Source: Acetivibrionales bacterium (lineage in GTDB: Bacteria > Bacillota > Clostridia > Acetivibrionales > RGIG10202). From it: a DNA stretch of 41,411 bases. This document shows positions 17,129 through 26,599 of the stretch, piece after piece. Where the stretch lies: NCBI GenBank assembly GCA_045118635.1, contig JBGUYI010000052.1:1-41411 (forward strand), written 5' to 3'. How positions within the stretch are numbered: position 1 is the stretch's first letter; every line of letters starts with the position of its first letter. The notes beneath the pieces are model-generated. The model ran no database searches and was not told where the DNA came from. It worked only from the letters and a program-made list of their open reading frames with translations. The position numbers and the translations under genes are program-made.

Positions 17129-17930
17129 ATGTTAGGTATTCAATCATATCAGTTGCGAAATAAGAATCGGCTTCGAGACTGTAGCTAGTATTATTTGCGA
17201 GTACGTCATATTTAGCTTTAGAAATTTGTTTATTATTTAGGTAATATTTCTCACTAAAATTATCTGCATAAGTTGAGTTTTGTTTAATCTTATTTTCTAA
17301 TTCAGAAAGTTTTTGACTGAATTCCTCTAGATTTGAGTAAATAAGTTCGTCAAAACGAGTAGCAGATAAACTATATTCAAAATTCAAGTCACTTTGGTGA
17401 ACATCATATATTTCTAAACGTGATATTATGGGATTGTGAATATTACAAATTATAGTATTTTCCTTTGGTGCATAATTGTAGCTAACTATATTAGAACTAC
17501 CATATACAAGAGGCATTTCTAGTTGCATTGTATTTTCTAGTTTATTGTTTTCTATTTTTTTACTTAAACCATGCTCAGCCATTGAATAAAATTCGCCATT
17601 CAAATACACAATTATTCCTATGCTGTATCCAGGGTCATTAATAATTAATTCAGGTATATCATCGTCATTTATATATGCCAACTTGTATTTATAACTTTCC
17701 CCTCTAAGAGATTCAATAGAGTTAATTATTGATATATAAGAATCAGATATTTTTTTAGGTATATTTTTTACCTTATAATAATTTTCATTGTCAGTATAAG
17801 ATATTTCAGTAATGTTTGACTGTACTAATTTAACATCATTAGATGAAAAATAAAATACACATATAACTAAACAAAATATAAGTAATATTGCTAAAATGAT
17901 GATGCCTAATACATTTAATTTTTTATTCAT
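17115..17930 (-). CDS. Membrane-anchored hypothetical protein
   Basis: MNKKLNVLGIIILAILLIFCLVICVFYF forms the anchor. AGGAGGG precedes the ATG at 17930. The 3' end overlaps the convergent NERD gene by 14 nt. Confidence 0.6.
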   Translation of the reverse strand: MNKKLNVLGIIILAILLIFCLVICVFYFSSNDVKLVQSNITEISYTDNENYYKVKNIPKKISDSYISIINSIESLRGESYKYKLAYINDDDIPELIINDPGYSIGIIVYLNGEFYSMAEHGLSKKIENNKLENTMQLEMPLVYGSSNIVSYNYAPKENTIICNIHNPIISRLEIYDVHQSDLNFEYSLSATRFDELIYSNLEEFSQKLSELENKIKQNSTYADNFSEKYYLNNKQISKAKYDVLANNTSYSLEADSYFATDMIEYLTSIAN

Positions 17931-18159
17931 AAAAAGTTCCCTCCTAAAATAATAAACATCCACACTATAATAGTACAACATTTTGGTAAAAAAGTCCTTT
18001 TTTTAGGTAAAGTTAGTATTTTTTTGTTGGTGAAAAGAATTATTTTTACAATGAAATAGTAAAGTGTTTAGTATTTTTTTTGTGACAAATAACTAAAGTT
18101 TTTAGTACATTTTACAACATTTTTAAGCACATAATCGAATAATTTGATAAAGTAAAAGC

Positions 18160-18188
18160 TTGAAATAATATTTTGCATGAATTATAAT
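18160..18188 (+). promoter_or_regulatory. Sigma-A type promoter of the 609-aa secreted protein gene
   Basis: TTGAAA (18160-18165), 17-nt spacer, TATAAT (18183-18188). This leaves a leader of about 110 nt. Confidence 0.65.
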
Positions 18189-18300
18189 GGACTAGAGCTT
18201 TGTTGTAACTTTAATACAATAATGGATTTGTAAAACTGTTATTAAAAAAATTGGTAAATCAATAGGCAATTAAAAATATATACAATAGGGGGAGAATACT

Positions 18301-20130
18301 TTGAAGGTCTTTAGGTGGAGCAACTTTAAAGATATTAAAAATACAATATTTGGAGTAGTAATAATTTTTATTTGTTTGTTTGATTTGAGAGTGTATGCAG
18401 ATAAGACAGATGTAAAAATAAAGGCTTTTGATGTATCATCGACATCGAATGTGCAAGAAATATATAGAAATAGTGAAGCGACCAAGTACAAGATAACATT
18501 GTTAGATAAAATAATATATAAGGTAACGGATATGAATGGTGAAAAAATAACACCAGAGCAATTAAGTGGAAAGAGTGTATTGTTTAGTAATAATGGTTTA
18601 AATAAAGTAAGAGTTTATTCAAGTAGTTCAAATTATGAGGTGGTGGATTTAGAAAGCGATGAGGTAATGGTAGATATAACTTCTCCTAAAGTTTTGTGGA
18701 AGTATAAAAATAATGGAGATAATTTGTTGTGGCTTGAGATAGAAGATGAATCTGGATTATATGAAATAAGAAAGAACAATCAAGTAGGGTCATTGAGGAC
18801 CATTTTTACGGGTATGCAAAAAAAAGCGATATTAAGTATAGAGTTAGCAGAAGGGGAAATTTTAGAGAGATTAGAAATAAGTGATATATTTGGTAATACG
18901 GAAGTTATTGAGGTATCAGAAATAACATTGAATGTAGTAGAGGCTTTTAAAAATACTAATGGTAGTGTTATTGTGTTGAAATTAAATGATTCTGAAAACA
19001 ATATAACAGGTTTAGAATATTTAGATGGAACAGAAATAGAAAGTGTTTCGGGAACAGATTTAGAAAAAACATATAATGTTGCACCAGGAACAACCAAAAT
19101 AAAAGTTAAATTTGGTGATGAATATGCAATAATACAACTTGACACAGATGCAAAGTCTCCAGAGATAGTAAGAGTATGGAGAAAAGGAGACAATAGCAGA
19201 ATGTTGTTAGAAACTAAAGATTATGAAAGTGGTGTAAAGAAGATAGCGTTTTATAATAAGAGTACGAAAAACGAACAGGTGTATAAGGAGTTTGAAGGAT
19301 TACATATAGGTGGAGTTTCACAGTATGATATTATGGAAGGGGCAACACATTTATATGTGTATGATGGTGTAGGTAATAGAACTAAAGTGGCAATGACTTC
19401 AATAGGAGTAGATGATGAAGGACCAGTAATTGTGGTAAGATATAAAGATGGCAAGTATATAATGACAGTAAGGGAAGAAAAGTCAGGAATTGATACAGTG
19501 AGATTAGACGGAATTGATGTAGATACATATATAGATTATCCTGCAGGAGAGTTTGTATATACATATGATGATTTAAATGGTGATTCGTATATAACTGCAT
19601 CTGATGGGCTAGGTTATGCTGTGAGTCTTACTGTAGATGAGGCAATTAGCATAAGAAATAGAATATATAAGAATGATCAAGGTGATATTATATCAATTAA
19701 GTTAGAAGATGATAGAGGGATACAAAAAATTACGGATCAAGATGGAAATATAATAGAGAGATTTTTGCTAAATGAAAAAGAAATTAGTGGGGTTTATAAA
19801 GTAAGGAGTGATATAGATAGTATAAAAGTATTTTACCAAGATAATAAATGTTATAATATAAGATTGCAGGAGCTTAGTGAAAAACCTCAAATTTCAAATG
19901 AAGTATATGATGATGAATTAATTACTGAGTGTGTGGTTTCATCAAAAGCTGGAATAAAGAAAATAGAATATAGAGATGGTAGGAGTATTGAGTTTAAAGA
20001 GAATATACCAGATGATATAATTGTAAATTGTACAGAATTGAATGATGATAGTTTGGTTGTACCTGCATTTGTTACAGTATATGATGCATTGGATAATAGT
20101 GTTAATATAAATGAAAGTTTGATGGATTAG
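18301..20130 (+). CDS. Secreted protein with about six tandem Ig-like/beta-sandwich modules
   Basis: TTG start after AGGGGGAG, with a signal-peptide-like N-terminus. A recurring motif (D/E).SG(I/L/V).KI appears about every 90-100 aa: EDESGLYEI, YESGVKKIAF, EEKSGIDTV, DDRGIQKI, SKAGIKKIEY. Confidence 0.65.
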   Translation: MKVFRWSNFKDIKNTIFGVVIIFICLFDLRVYADKTDVKIKAFDVSSTSNVQEIYRNSEATKYKITLLDKIIYKVTDMNGEKITPEQLSGKSVLFSNNGLNKVRVYSSSSNYEVVDLESDEVMVDITSPKVLWKYKNNGDNLLWLEIEDESGLYEIRKNNQVGSLRTIFTGMQKKAILSIELAEGEILERLEISDIFGNTEVIEVSEITLNVVEAFKNTNGSVIVLKLNDSENNITGLEYLDGTEIESVSGTDLEKTYNVAPGTTKIKVKFGDEYAIIQLDTDAKSPEIVRVWRKGDNSRMLLETKDYESGVKKIAFYNKSTKNEQVYKEFEGLHIGGVSQYDIMEGATHLYVYDGVGNRTKVAMTSIGVDDEGPVIVVRYKDGKYIMTVREEKSGIDTVRLDGIDVDTYIDYPAGEFVYTYDDLNGDSYITASDGLGYAVSLTVDEAISIRNRIYKNDQGDIISIKLEDDRGIQKITDQDGNIIERFLLNEKEISGVYKVRSDIDSIKVFYQDNKCYNIRLQELSEKPQISNEVYDDELITECVVSSKAGIKKIEYRDGRSIEFKENIPDDIIVNCTELNDDSLVVPAFVTVYDALDNSVNINESLMD

Positions 20131-20161
20131 AAAAAAAGAGAGCAAAGTCTCTCTTTTTTTT
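20131..20161. terminator. Bidirectional rho-independent terminator
   Basis: AGAGAG (20137-20142) pairs with CTCTCT (20149-20154). An A-run precedes it and a T-run follows. Confidence 0.7.
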
Positions 20162-20241
20162 AAAAATATGTCGCAAAATGTAAGAAAAGGTATTATAATA
20201 GACCGTAAGAATATTTTAGATAAAGGGAGAGCTTTTTGATT

Positions 20242-20751
20242 ATGGCAGAGAAAAATAAAGTTCAAATAAACATAAGTGGATATAGTTATACACTAGTTGG
20301 AAGGGAATCGGTGGAATATTTAAATGAGCTTGCTAGTTATATAGATAATAAAATAAATAAAATAATGTGTGGAAACAATAATTTGGGTATAAAAGATGCT
20401 GGAATATTGACAGCATTTAATGTAGCGGATGAATTGTTTAAGCTACAAAAGGAATGTGAAAATAATCAAAGAGAGTTAATATTAAAAGAAGAAAACGCTT
20501 CTTTAAAAGAGGAGATTTCTAGACTAAAAAAAGAAAATGATGATTTAGTAAAGAATTCATTGATTAATAAGAGCGATAATGAATTAAGGAATGAATTAAA
20601 ACAAGCATATGAAAGTATAAGTAATTTGTTGTTAGAAAGAGATAAAATTTTAGAAGATTTGTCTAAAGAAAAGGAAAAGAATACGAATTTACATTTTTCA
20701 TTAGTAGAATTAAAGTCTTCAATGGTTGAAGATAAAACACAAATGCAGTAA
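20242..20751 (+). CDS. zapA: Cell division protein ZapA with extended coiled-coil C-terminus
   Basis: KVQINISGYSYTLVGRESVEYLNELASYIDNKI matches the ZapA core. The RBS is AGGGAGAG. Confidence 0.7.
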   Translation: MAEKNKVQINISGYSYTLVGRESVEYLNELASYIDNKINKIMCGNNNLGIKDAGILTAFNVADELFKLQKECENNQRELILKEENASLKEEISRLKKENDDLVKNSLINKSDNELRNELKQAYESISNLLLERDKILEDLSKEKEKNTNLHFSLVELKSSMVEDKTQMQ

Positions 20752-20785
20752 TTGTGAGTTTTTTGTAGTGAGGTTAGGTTTATTT

Positions 20786-21736
20786 ATGAAAATAGAGAAT
20801 GGAATTTTTTTAGCGCCAATGGCTGGCATAACAGACAGAGCGTTTAGGCTTTTATGTAAAGAACAGGGTGCCGATATGACATTTACTGAAATGGTCAGTG
20901 CAAAAGGGATGTATTACAATGATAAAAAGACAGCACAATTGTTGGATGTTTTTCCAAAAGAAGGAAATGTTGGTGTTCAGATATTTGGAAAAGAGCCAGA
21001 AATTATAAGAGATGTTGTAAGTAGATTAAGTGAAATGAATTTTGCAGTTATAGATATTAATATGGGGTGTCCAGCACCTAAGATAACAAAGAATGGTGAG
21101 GGTAGTGCGTTGCTTTTGAATCCCAAATTGATAGGAGAGATTGTAAGAGCTGCAGTTTGTGTGTCCAAAAAACCCATTACTGTAAAGATAAGAAAAGGAT
21201 ATGATGACGACAACATAAACGCAGTTTATGTAGCTAAAGTAATTGAAGAGTCAGGTGCATCAGCTATTACGATTCATGGAAGGACAAGAAAACAACAGTA
21301 TAGTGGAGTTGCAGATTGGGATATAATAAAAAAAGTGAAGGAAGCTGTCAACATTCCAGTTATAGGGAATGGAGATATTGTGGATGCGGCCTCTGCGAAA
21401 AGAATGTTTTCTCACACAGGGTGTGATGCTATAATGATAGGAAGAGGAGCATTAGGTAATCCGTGGATATTTAAAGAGATTTCAAGCTATATTAAAGATG
21501 GGATATTGGTAGAAAAACCAAGTTTAAAACAAAAAATAGATTGTATCATTCGTCAGTTTGGTATGATGCGACAATATAAGACCGAACATACAACTGTTTG
21601 TGAAATGAGGAAACATATAGGATGGTATTTAAAAGGTATTAGAAATGGGACAAAGATAAAAGAACATATTTTTAAAATAAAGGAATATGATAAAATGATT
21701 GAAGAAGTAGAAAAATTGAAGGATATTGATTTTTAA
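20786..21736 (+). CDS. dusB: tRNA-dihydrouridine synthase
   Basis: [20 protein letters not shown] and TIHGRTR motifs. The ATG at 20786 gives the canonical N-terminus. Confidence 0.85.
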   Translation: MKIENGIFLAPMAGITDRAFRLLCKEQGADMTFTEMVSAKGMYYNDKKTAQLLDVFPKEGNVGVQIFGKEPEIIRDVVSRLSEMNFAVIDINMGCPAPKITKNGEGSALLLNPKLIGEIVRAAVCVSKKPITVKIRKGYDDDNINAVYVAKVIEESGASAITIHGRTRKQQYSGVADWDIIKKVKEAVNIPVIGNGDIVDAASAKRMFSHTGCDAIMIGRGALGNPWIFKEISSYIKDGILVEKPSLKQKIDCIIRQFGMMRQYKTEHTTVCEMRKHIGWYLKGIRNGTKIKEHIFKIKEYDKMIEEVEKLKDIDF

Positions 21737-21753
21737 TTAAGAGAGGGATTCTT

Positions 21754-23424
21754 ATGCAAAGCGATATAGAGATAGCAAAAAAGGCAAATATGGTAGATAT
21801 TATAGATATAGCAAGGGAATTAGGTATAGATTATGAGTATTTAGAGCTTTATGGTAGGTATAAGGCTAAAGTGTCTACTGATATTTTTAATAAACTGAAG
21901 GATAAGAAAAATGGGAAATTAGTATTAGTTACTGCTATAAATCCCACTCCAGCAGGAGAAGGTAAGACAACAGTAACAGTAGGACTTGGACAGGCAATGA
22001 AAAAAATAGGTAAAAAAGCAGTTATAGCATTAAGAGAGCCGTCATTAGGTCCAGTTATGGGATTAAAAGGAGGAGCAGCAGGTGGAGGATATTCACAAGT
22101 GGTTCCTATGGAAGATATAAATTTACATTTTACGGGTGATATTCATGCTGTGACATCTGCAAACAATTTGTTATCTGCAGCTATAGACAATCATATTCAT
22201 CAAGGGAATAAGCTTAGAATAGATCCAAGCAGAATTATATGGAAAAGAGTAATGGATATAAATGATAGAAGTTTAAGGCAAATAGTTGTAGGGCTTGGTG
22301 GTAAGGCAAATGGTGTAACAAGAGAAGATGGTTTTAATATATCCGTGGCATCTGAAGTTATGGCGATTCTTTGTTTGTCTAATAATTTAAAAGAATTAAA
22401 GGATAAACTTGGTAGGATAATAATAGGTTATAATTTTAATAATGAGCCAGTGTACGTGAAAGATTTAAAGGCAGAAAATGCCATGGCAGTGCTTTTAAAA
22501 GATGCAATAAAACCGAATATTGTTCAAACATTAGAAAATACACCTGTTATAATTCATGGCGGACCTTTTGCAAATATTGCGCATGGTTGTAATAGTGTTA
22601 TTGCAACAAAACTAGGTTTGAAATTGGCAGATTATTGTATAACCGAAGCAGGTTTTGGAGCAGATTTGGGAGCAGAGAAATTTTTTGATATAAAGTGTAG
22701 GACTGCAAACTTAAGTCCAGATGCAGTGGTTATTGTAGCGACAGTTAGGGCATTAAAGTATAATGGCGGAATGAGTAAAAACGATTTGGGAAAAGAAGAT
22801 ATTGATTCTTTAAAAAAAGGAATTGTGAATTTAGAAAAGCATTTAGAAAATATCAAAAAATTTAAAGTGCCAGTTTGTGTTGCATTAAATAAATTTGGAA
22901 CAGATACAAAAGAAGAAATAGATTTTGTGATTCATAAGTGTAGAGAATGGGGAATAAAAGTTGATATTGTAGAGGTTTTTGAAAAAGGTGGAGAAGGTGG
23001 AATAGATTTAGCTAAAACTGTTGTAGAGTTAATAGAAGATTCAAAGTCACAGTTTAAACCATTGTATGATGTTGATCTTAGTATAAAGGATAAAATAGAA
23101 AAAATTACAAAAGAAATTTATGGTGGAGACAAGGTGTTTTATACTAAAAAGGCTCAAAGCGAAATTTCTAAAATAGAGAAATTGAATCTTTCTAATTTAC
23201 CTATTTGTATTGCAAAAACACAGTATTCATTATCAGACGATCCAAAACTCTTAGGAAGACCTAAAGATTTTGAGATAACAGTTAATGAAGTTAGAATATC
23301 AAATGGGGCGGGATTTATTGTTGTTATAACTGGAGATATATTAACTATGCCTGGGCTTCCTAAAAAACCAGCTTTAGAGGAAGTTGATATAGATGAAAAC
23401 GGAGAAATATACGGACTGTTTTAG
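21754..23424 (+). CDS. fhs: Formate--tetrahydrofolate ligase
   Basis: [11 protein letters not shown]-loop, 556 aa, with FTHFS-family sequence throughout. Confidence 0.95.
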   Translation: MQSDIEIAKKANMVDIIDIARELGIDYEYLELYGRYKAKVSTDIFNKLKDKKNGKLVLVTAINPTPAGEGKTTVTVGLGQAMKKIGKKAVIALREPSLGPVMGLKGGAAGGGYSQVVPMEDINLHFTGDIHAVTSANNLLSAAIDNHIHQGNKLRIDPSRIIWKRVMDINDRSLRQIVVGLGGKANGVTREDGFNISVASEVMAILCLSNNLKELKDKLGRIIIGYNFNNEPVYVKDLKAENAMAVLLKDAIKPNIVQTLENTPVIIHGGPFANIAHGCNSVIATKLGLKLADYCITEAGFGADLGAEKFFDIKCRTANLSPDAVVIVATVRALKYNGGMSKNDLGKEDIDSLKKGIVNLEKHLENIKKFKVPVCVALNKFGTDTKEEIDFVIHKCREWGIKVDIVEVFEKGGEGGIDLAKTVVELIEDSKSQFKPLYDVDLSIKDKIEKITKEIYGGDKVFYTKKAQSEISKIEKLNLSNLPICIAKTQYSLSDDPKLLGRPKDFEITVNEVRISNGAGFIVVITGDILTMPGLPKKPALEEVDIDENGEIYGLF

Positions 23425-23429
23425 TGCTA

Positions 23430-24944
23430 TTATTTTTTGGCAAGAACTTGATTAATTGAGATTGCACCAGTAGAAAGGATGAAGGAACAAAAGATAGAAA
23501 GACTTGTGCCGATTGTCAAAATAGTTGTTTTGGTGTTGGTTAAATTAAGCATATCGAAAAAATTATATATATATTTGTTTATGATTAACATTATTATGGA
23601 CACAATTGTGGGTTTTAGAATCCAGTTTTTTAAATCTATAATAAGACCAGTGTTTTTAATTATTACAGACAAGTTTAGTACACAACTTATGATTAAACTT
23701 GATATAAAGCCTAATATGTATCCTAACATACCAAGTTGTGGTATTATGAATATAACAAAAAATATTCTAATTCCGTAACATATAACAGAGCTTATAAGGG
23801 AGAAAGTTTGTTTATTTAGACCATTTAAAGTTGCTAAAAAAATTTGATTTAGGTATAAGAGAATACAACTAAAAGAGAGCAAATATAAGATGTCGCCAAT
23901 ATTTTCTTTTTTATAAATCAAGTTGCCTATTTCGTAGGGAAATGTCATAAAAGTAATCATAAAAATAAATCCTAGAATACTAGACAAAGAAATAGATTTA
24001 GATATTCTAGAATTAATGAGTTTATAATTTTTTTTAGCCAAACCTTCTGATATTGCAGGTATTATAGTTGTGGAGATAGAGTTAGTTACAAGGCATGGAA
24101 ATAAAATAAGAGGCATTGCCATGCCAAATAATTTTCCTAATAGTGTTATACTTTCATCCCAGGTTAAGCCATGTAAAATTAGCTTACTTGGAATAAATAT
24201 AGTTTCTAAAGTAGACATTATAGATGTAATTAATTTAGTAAGAGATATAGAACATGCTGATATTAGGATATCTTTTATAATTTTTCTTTTTTTTATAGGA
24301 CTTGATTTTTTGAATTTTTCTTTTTTATAAAATATTAATAAAACTAAAAGATTTGCAAACTCACTAAATATCATACCAATCATAACCAAAGTGCAGGCAT
24401 AAGATATACTTAGGAATTTAAATTTTGTCATTAAAAAAATTACTGAAAAAATTTTAATCAACTGTTCTATAATTTGGGCAATAGCAGGAGGAGTTACATT
24501 TGATATTCCATAAAAATATCCTTTTAACGCAGATGATAATGTTATAAAAGGAAGAGCTGGGACAAAAACTAATAAAGGTAAAAAAGTTCGATTATCTTTT
24601 AGAAAAATATTAACGATATCTTTCAAAAATATATATAGTAATATTGAAATAATCAAACTAGAGATAAATAATAGTATCATTGCAATATTGGTTATTGTTT
24701 TGGAGTTATGATATTCTTTTTTAGCGAATTCATAAGACACAAGTGAAGATACAGTGATAGATATTCCAGATGTTAGAGTTATTATTATTAATGAATATAT
24801 AGGAGTTATTAATTGCAATATGCCCATACCTTGTGAGCCTAACAAATTAGAAAGATATATTCTGTAAAAGAAGCCTAGAATTTTTACTATAAATCCAGCA
24901 ACCATCAATATTAAAGCTCCATTTAAAAAAGATTGTTTAGACAT
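23430..24944 (-). CDS. spoVB: Stage V sporulation protein B-like MOP/MurJ-family flippase
   Basis: A polytopic protein of about 14 TM helices and about 500 aa with a MurJ/SpoVB-like N-terminus (FLNGALILMVAGFIVKILGFFYRIYL). I cannot separate SpoVB from MurJ by eye. Confidence 0.6.
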   Translation of the reverse strand: MSKQSFLNGALILMVAGFIVKILGFFYRIYLSNLLGSQGMGILQLITPIYSLIIITLTSGISITVSSLVSYEFAKKEYHNSKTITNIAMILLFISSLIISILLYIFLKDIVNIFLKDNRTFLPLLVFVPALPFITLSSALKGYFYGISNVTPPAIAQIIEQLIKIFSVIFLMTKFKFLSISYACTLVMIGMIFSEFANLLVLLIFYKKEKFKKSSPIKKRKIIKDILISACSISLTKLITSIMSTLETIFIPSKLILHGLTWDESITLLGKLFGMAMPLILFPCLVTNSISTTIIPAISEGLAKKNYKLINSRISKSISLSSILGFIFMITFMTFPYEIGNLIYKKENIGDILYLLSFSCILLYLNQIFLATLNGLNKQTFSLISSVICYGIRIFFVIFIIPQLGMLGYILGFISSLIISCVLNLSVIIKNTGLIIDLKNWILKPTIVSIIMLIINKYIYNFFDMLNLTNTKTTILTIGTSLSIFCSFILSTGAISINQVLAKK

Positions 24945-25100
24945 TTTAATAACTCTCACATGATAAATTATTTATATAATGATATTGTAAGAACACGTAA
25001 TTTATGACTCACTTTTTGCAAAAATACCAAAAATGTTATGTATTGGATTATGGTATAATAGAAGAAAAGTTTAACAAATCAACAAAGGAGATAAAGAATT

Positions 25101-26054
25101 ATGAGAAAAAAATTTTGGTTGATAGCGTTTATGTTCTCGTTCTTGATGATTTTTACAGGTTGTAATAATAATACGTCGCCTTATGCGGATATTAAAAAAA
25201 ATGAAGTTACAAAGGGGAAAACAGATAAGTTAGAGTATAATATAGCAAGCGTAAAAACAACTAAAAAATTTGATTTAAAGAGTGTTCCTAAGTATTCCAA
25301 TAAACCATATGTTATTGTAAATAATAATATGCCGTATTTTGAACAAAATGACATGACAACTGAGTCTTTCGAAAAATATAGTTCGCTTGATTCGTTAGGA
25401 CGTTGTGGAGTTGCGTTTTGTAATGTCGGAGTGGATATTATGCCAACTAAAGAGCGTGGAAGTATTGGAATGATTAAACCTTCAGGATGGCATACTGTAA
25501 AATATGATAATGTAGATGGGAAATATTTGTATAATCGTTGTCATCTTATAGCTTTTATGCTTTCAGGAGAAAATGCAAATGAAAAAAATCTAATTACGGG
25601 AACTAGATATATGAATGTTGATGGTATGAATCAGTTTGAGATTAAAGTGGCGGATTATGTAAAAAGAACAAACAATCATGTTTTGTACCGTGTAACACCT
25701 ATTTTTGAAGAGAAGAATCTTTTGGCAACCGGTGTATTAATGGAAGCGTTTTCTGTAGAAGATAATGGCAAAGGTATATGTTTTAATGTGTTTTGCTATA
25801 ATGAACAACCGGGTATAAGTATTGATCATTCAAATGGTGATAGTAAAGCTATAGAAAAAGAAAAAAAGGAAGAGAAACAGAAAAATGAGCCAAAAGAAAT
25901 ATCATATATAGCAAACAAGAACACAAAGAAGTTTCATTATCCATTTTGTCAAGCAGTTGGAAATATGAAAGAAAAGAATAAAAAACAGCTAAAGTGTACT
26001 AGAGAACAAGCTATTCAGCAAGGATATAGTCCATGTGGTATTTGTAAACCATAG
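25101..26054 (+). CDS. DNA/RNA non-specific endonuclease lipoprotein (EndA/DNA-entry nuclease-like) with C-terminal Cys4 motif
   Basis: Lipobox IFTGC. The nuclease core is LDSLGRCG...YNRCHLIAFMLSGENANEKNLITGTRYMN. The C-terminus is KFHYPFCQ...GYSPCGICKP. Confidence 0.75.
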   Translation: MRKKFWLIAFMFSFLMIFTGCNNNTSPYADIKKNEVTKGKTDKLEYNIASVKTTKKFDLKSVPKYSNKPYVIVNNNMPYFEQNDMTTESFEKYSSLDSLGRCGVAFCNVGVDIMPTKERGSIGMIKPSGWHTVKYDNVDGKYLYNRCHLIAFMLSGENANEKNLITGTRYMNVDGMNQFEIKVADYVKRTNNHVLYRVTPIFEEKNLLATGVLMEAFSVEDNGKGICFNVFCYNEQPGISIDHSNGDSKAIEKEKKEEKQKNEPKEISYIANKNTKKFHYPFCQAVGNMKEKNKKQLKCTREQAIQQGYSPCGICKP

Positions 26055-26110
26055 AACTGATTTTGAACGTCTTTTTTAACAAATATTGGCAAAAAGGGAG
26101 AAGGAGAAAA

Positions 26111-26599
26111 ATGGAGATAATACTAAAAAAGAATTTATTTAAATTAGTGAATAGATATAGTGTAATGGATTCTAATGGAAATAATATTTTGAGAGTAGAA
26201 AAAAGATTGATGTCTATGTTTAATACTTATGTAGTAATGGATTTAACAGATAATTATATTTGTGAGATAAAAAGAAAAATGTTAAGTGTTTTTCCTAATT
26301 ATAGAATATTTTTTAAGAGTGGTAGGGTTATAAATGTAAAAAAGCATACAGGTTCAATAAAGAAAAAATTTAGTGTTATAGAAGAAGGGGAGGAATATTT
26401 TATAGAAGGGGATGTTTTGGAGAATATGTTTAATATAAAAAAGGGAGGAGAAGTTTTTGCATCTGTGGAGAAAAAGGTTATAAATATGTTAAAAGTGTAT
26501 GATATTAAAACAAAAGAAATAAAAAGTATTCCAACTATAATATCAATTATTGTAGCGCTGGATATTATAAAGTATAAAAAACTTGCATATTTGATTTAA
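26111..26599 (+). CDS. LURP-one-related (DUF567/tubby-like fold) family protein
   Basis: About 160 aa with patterns such as Y.V.D..GN.I..V.......F..Y.I. GGAGAA RBS before the ATG at 26111. Confidence 0.5.
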   Translation: MEIILKKNLFKLVNRYSVMDSNGNNILRVEKRLMSMFNTYVVMDLTDNYICEIKRKMLSVFPNYRIFFKSGRVINVKKHTGSIKKKFSVIEEGEEYFIEGDVLENMFNIKKGGEVFASVEKKVINMLKVYDIKTKEIKSIPTIISIIVALDIIKYKKLAYLI

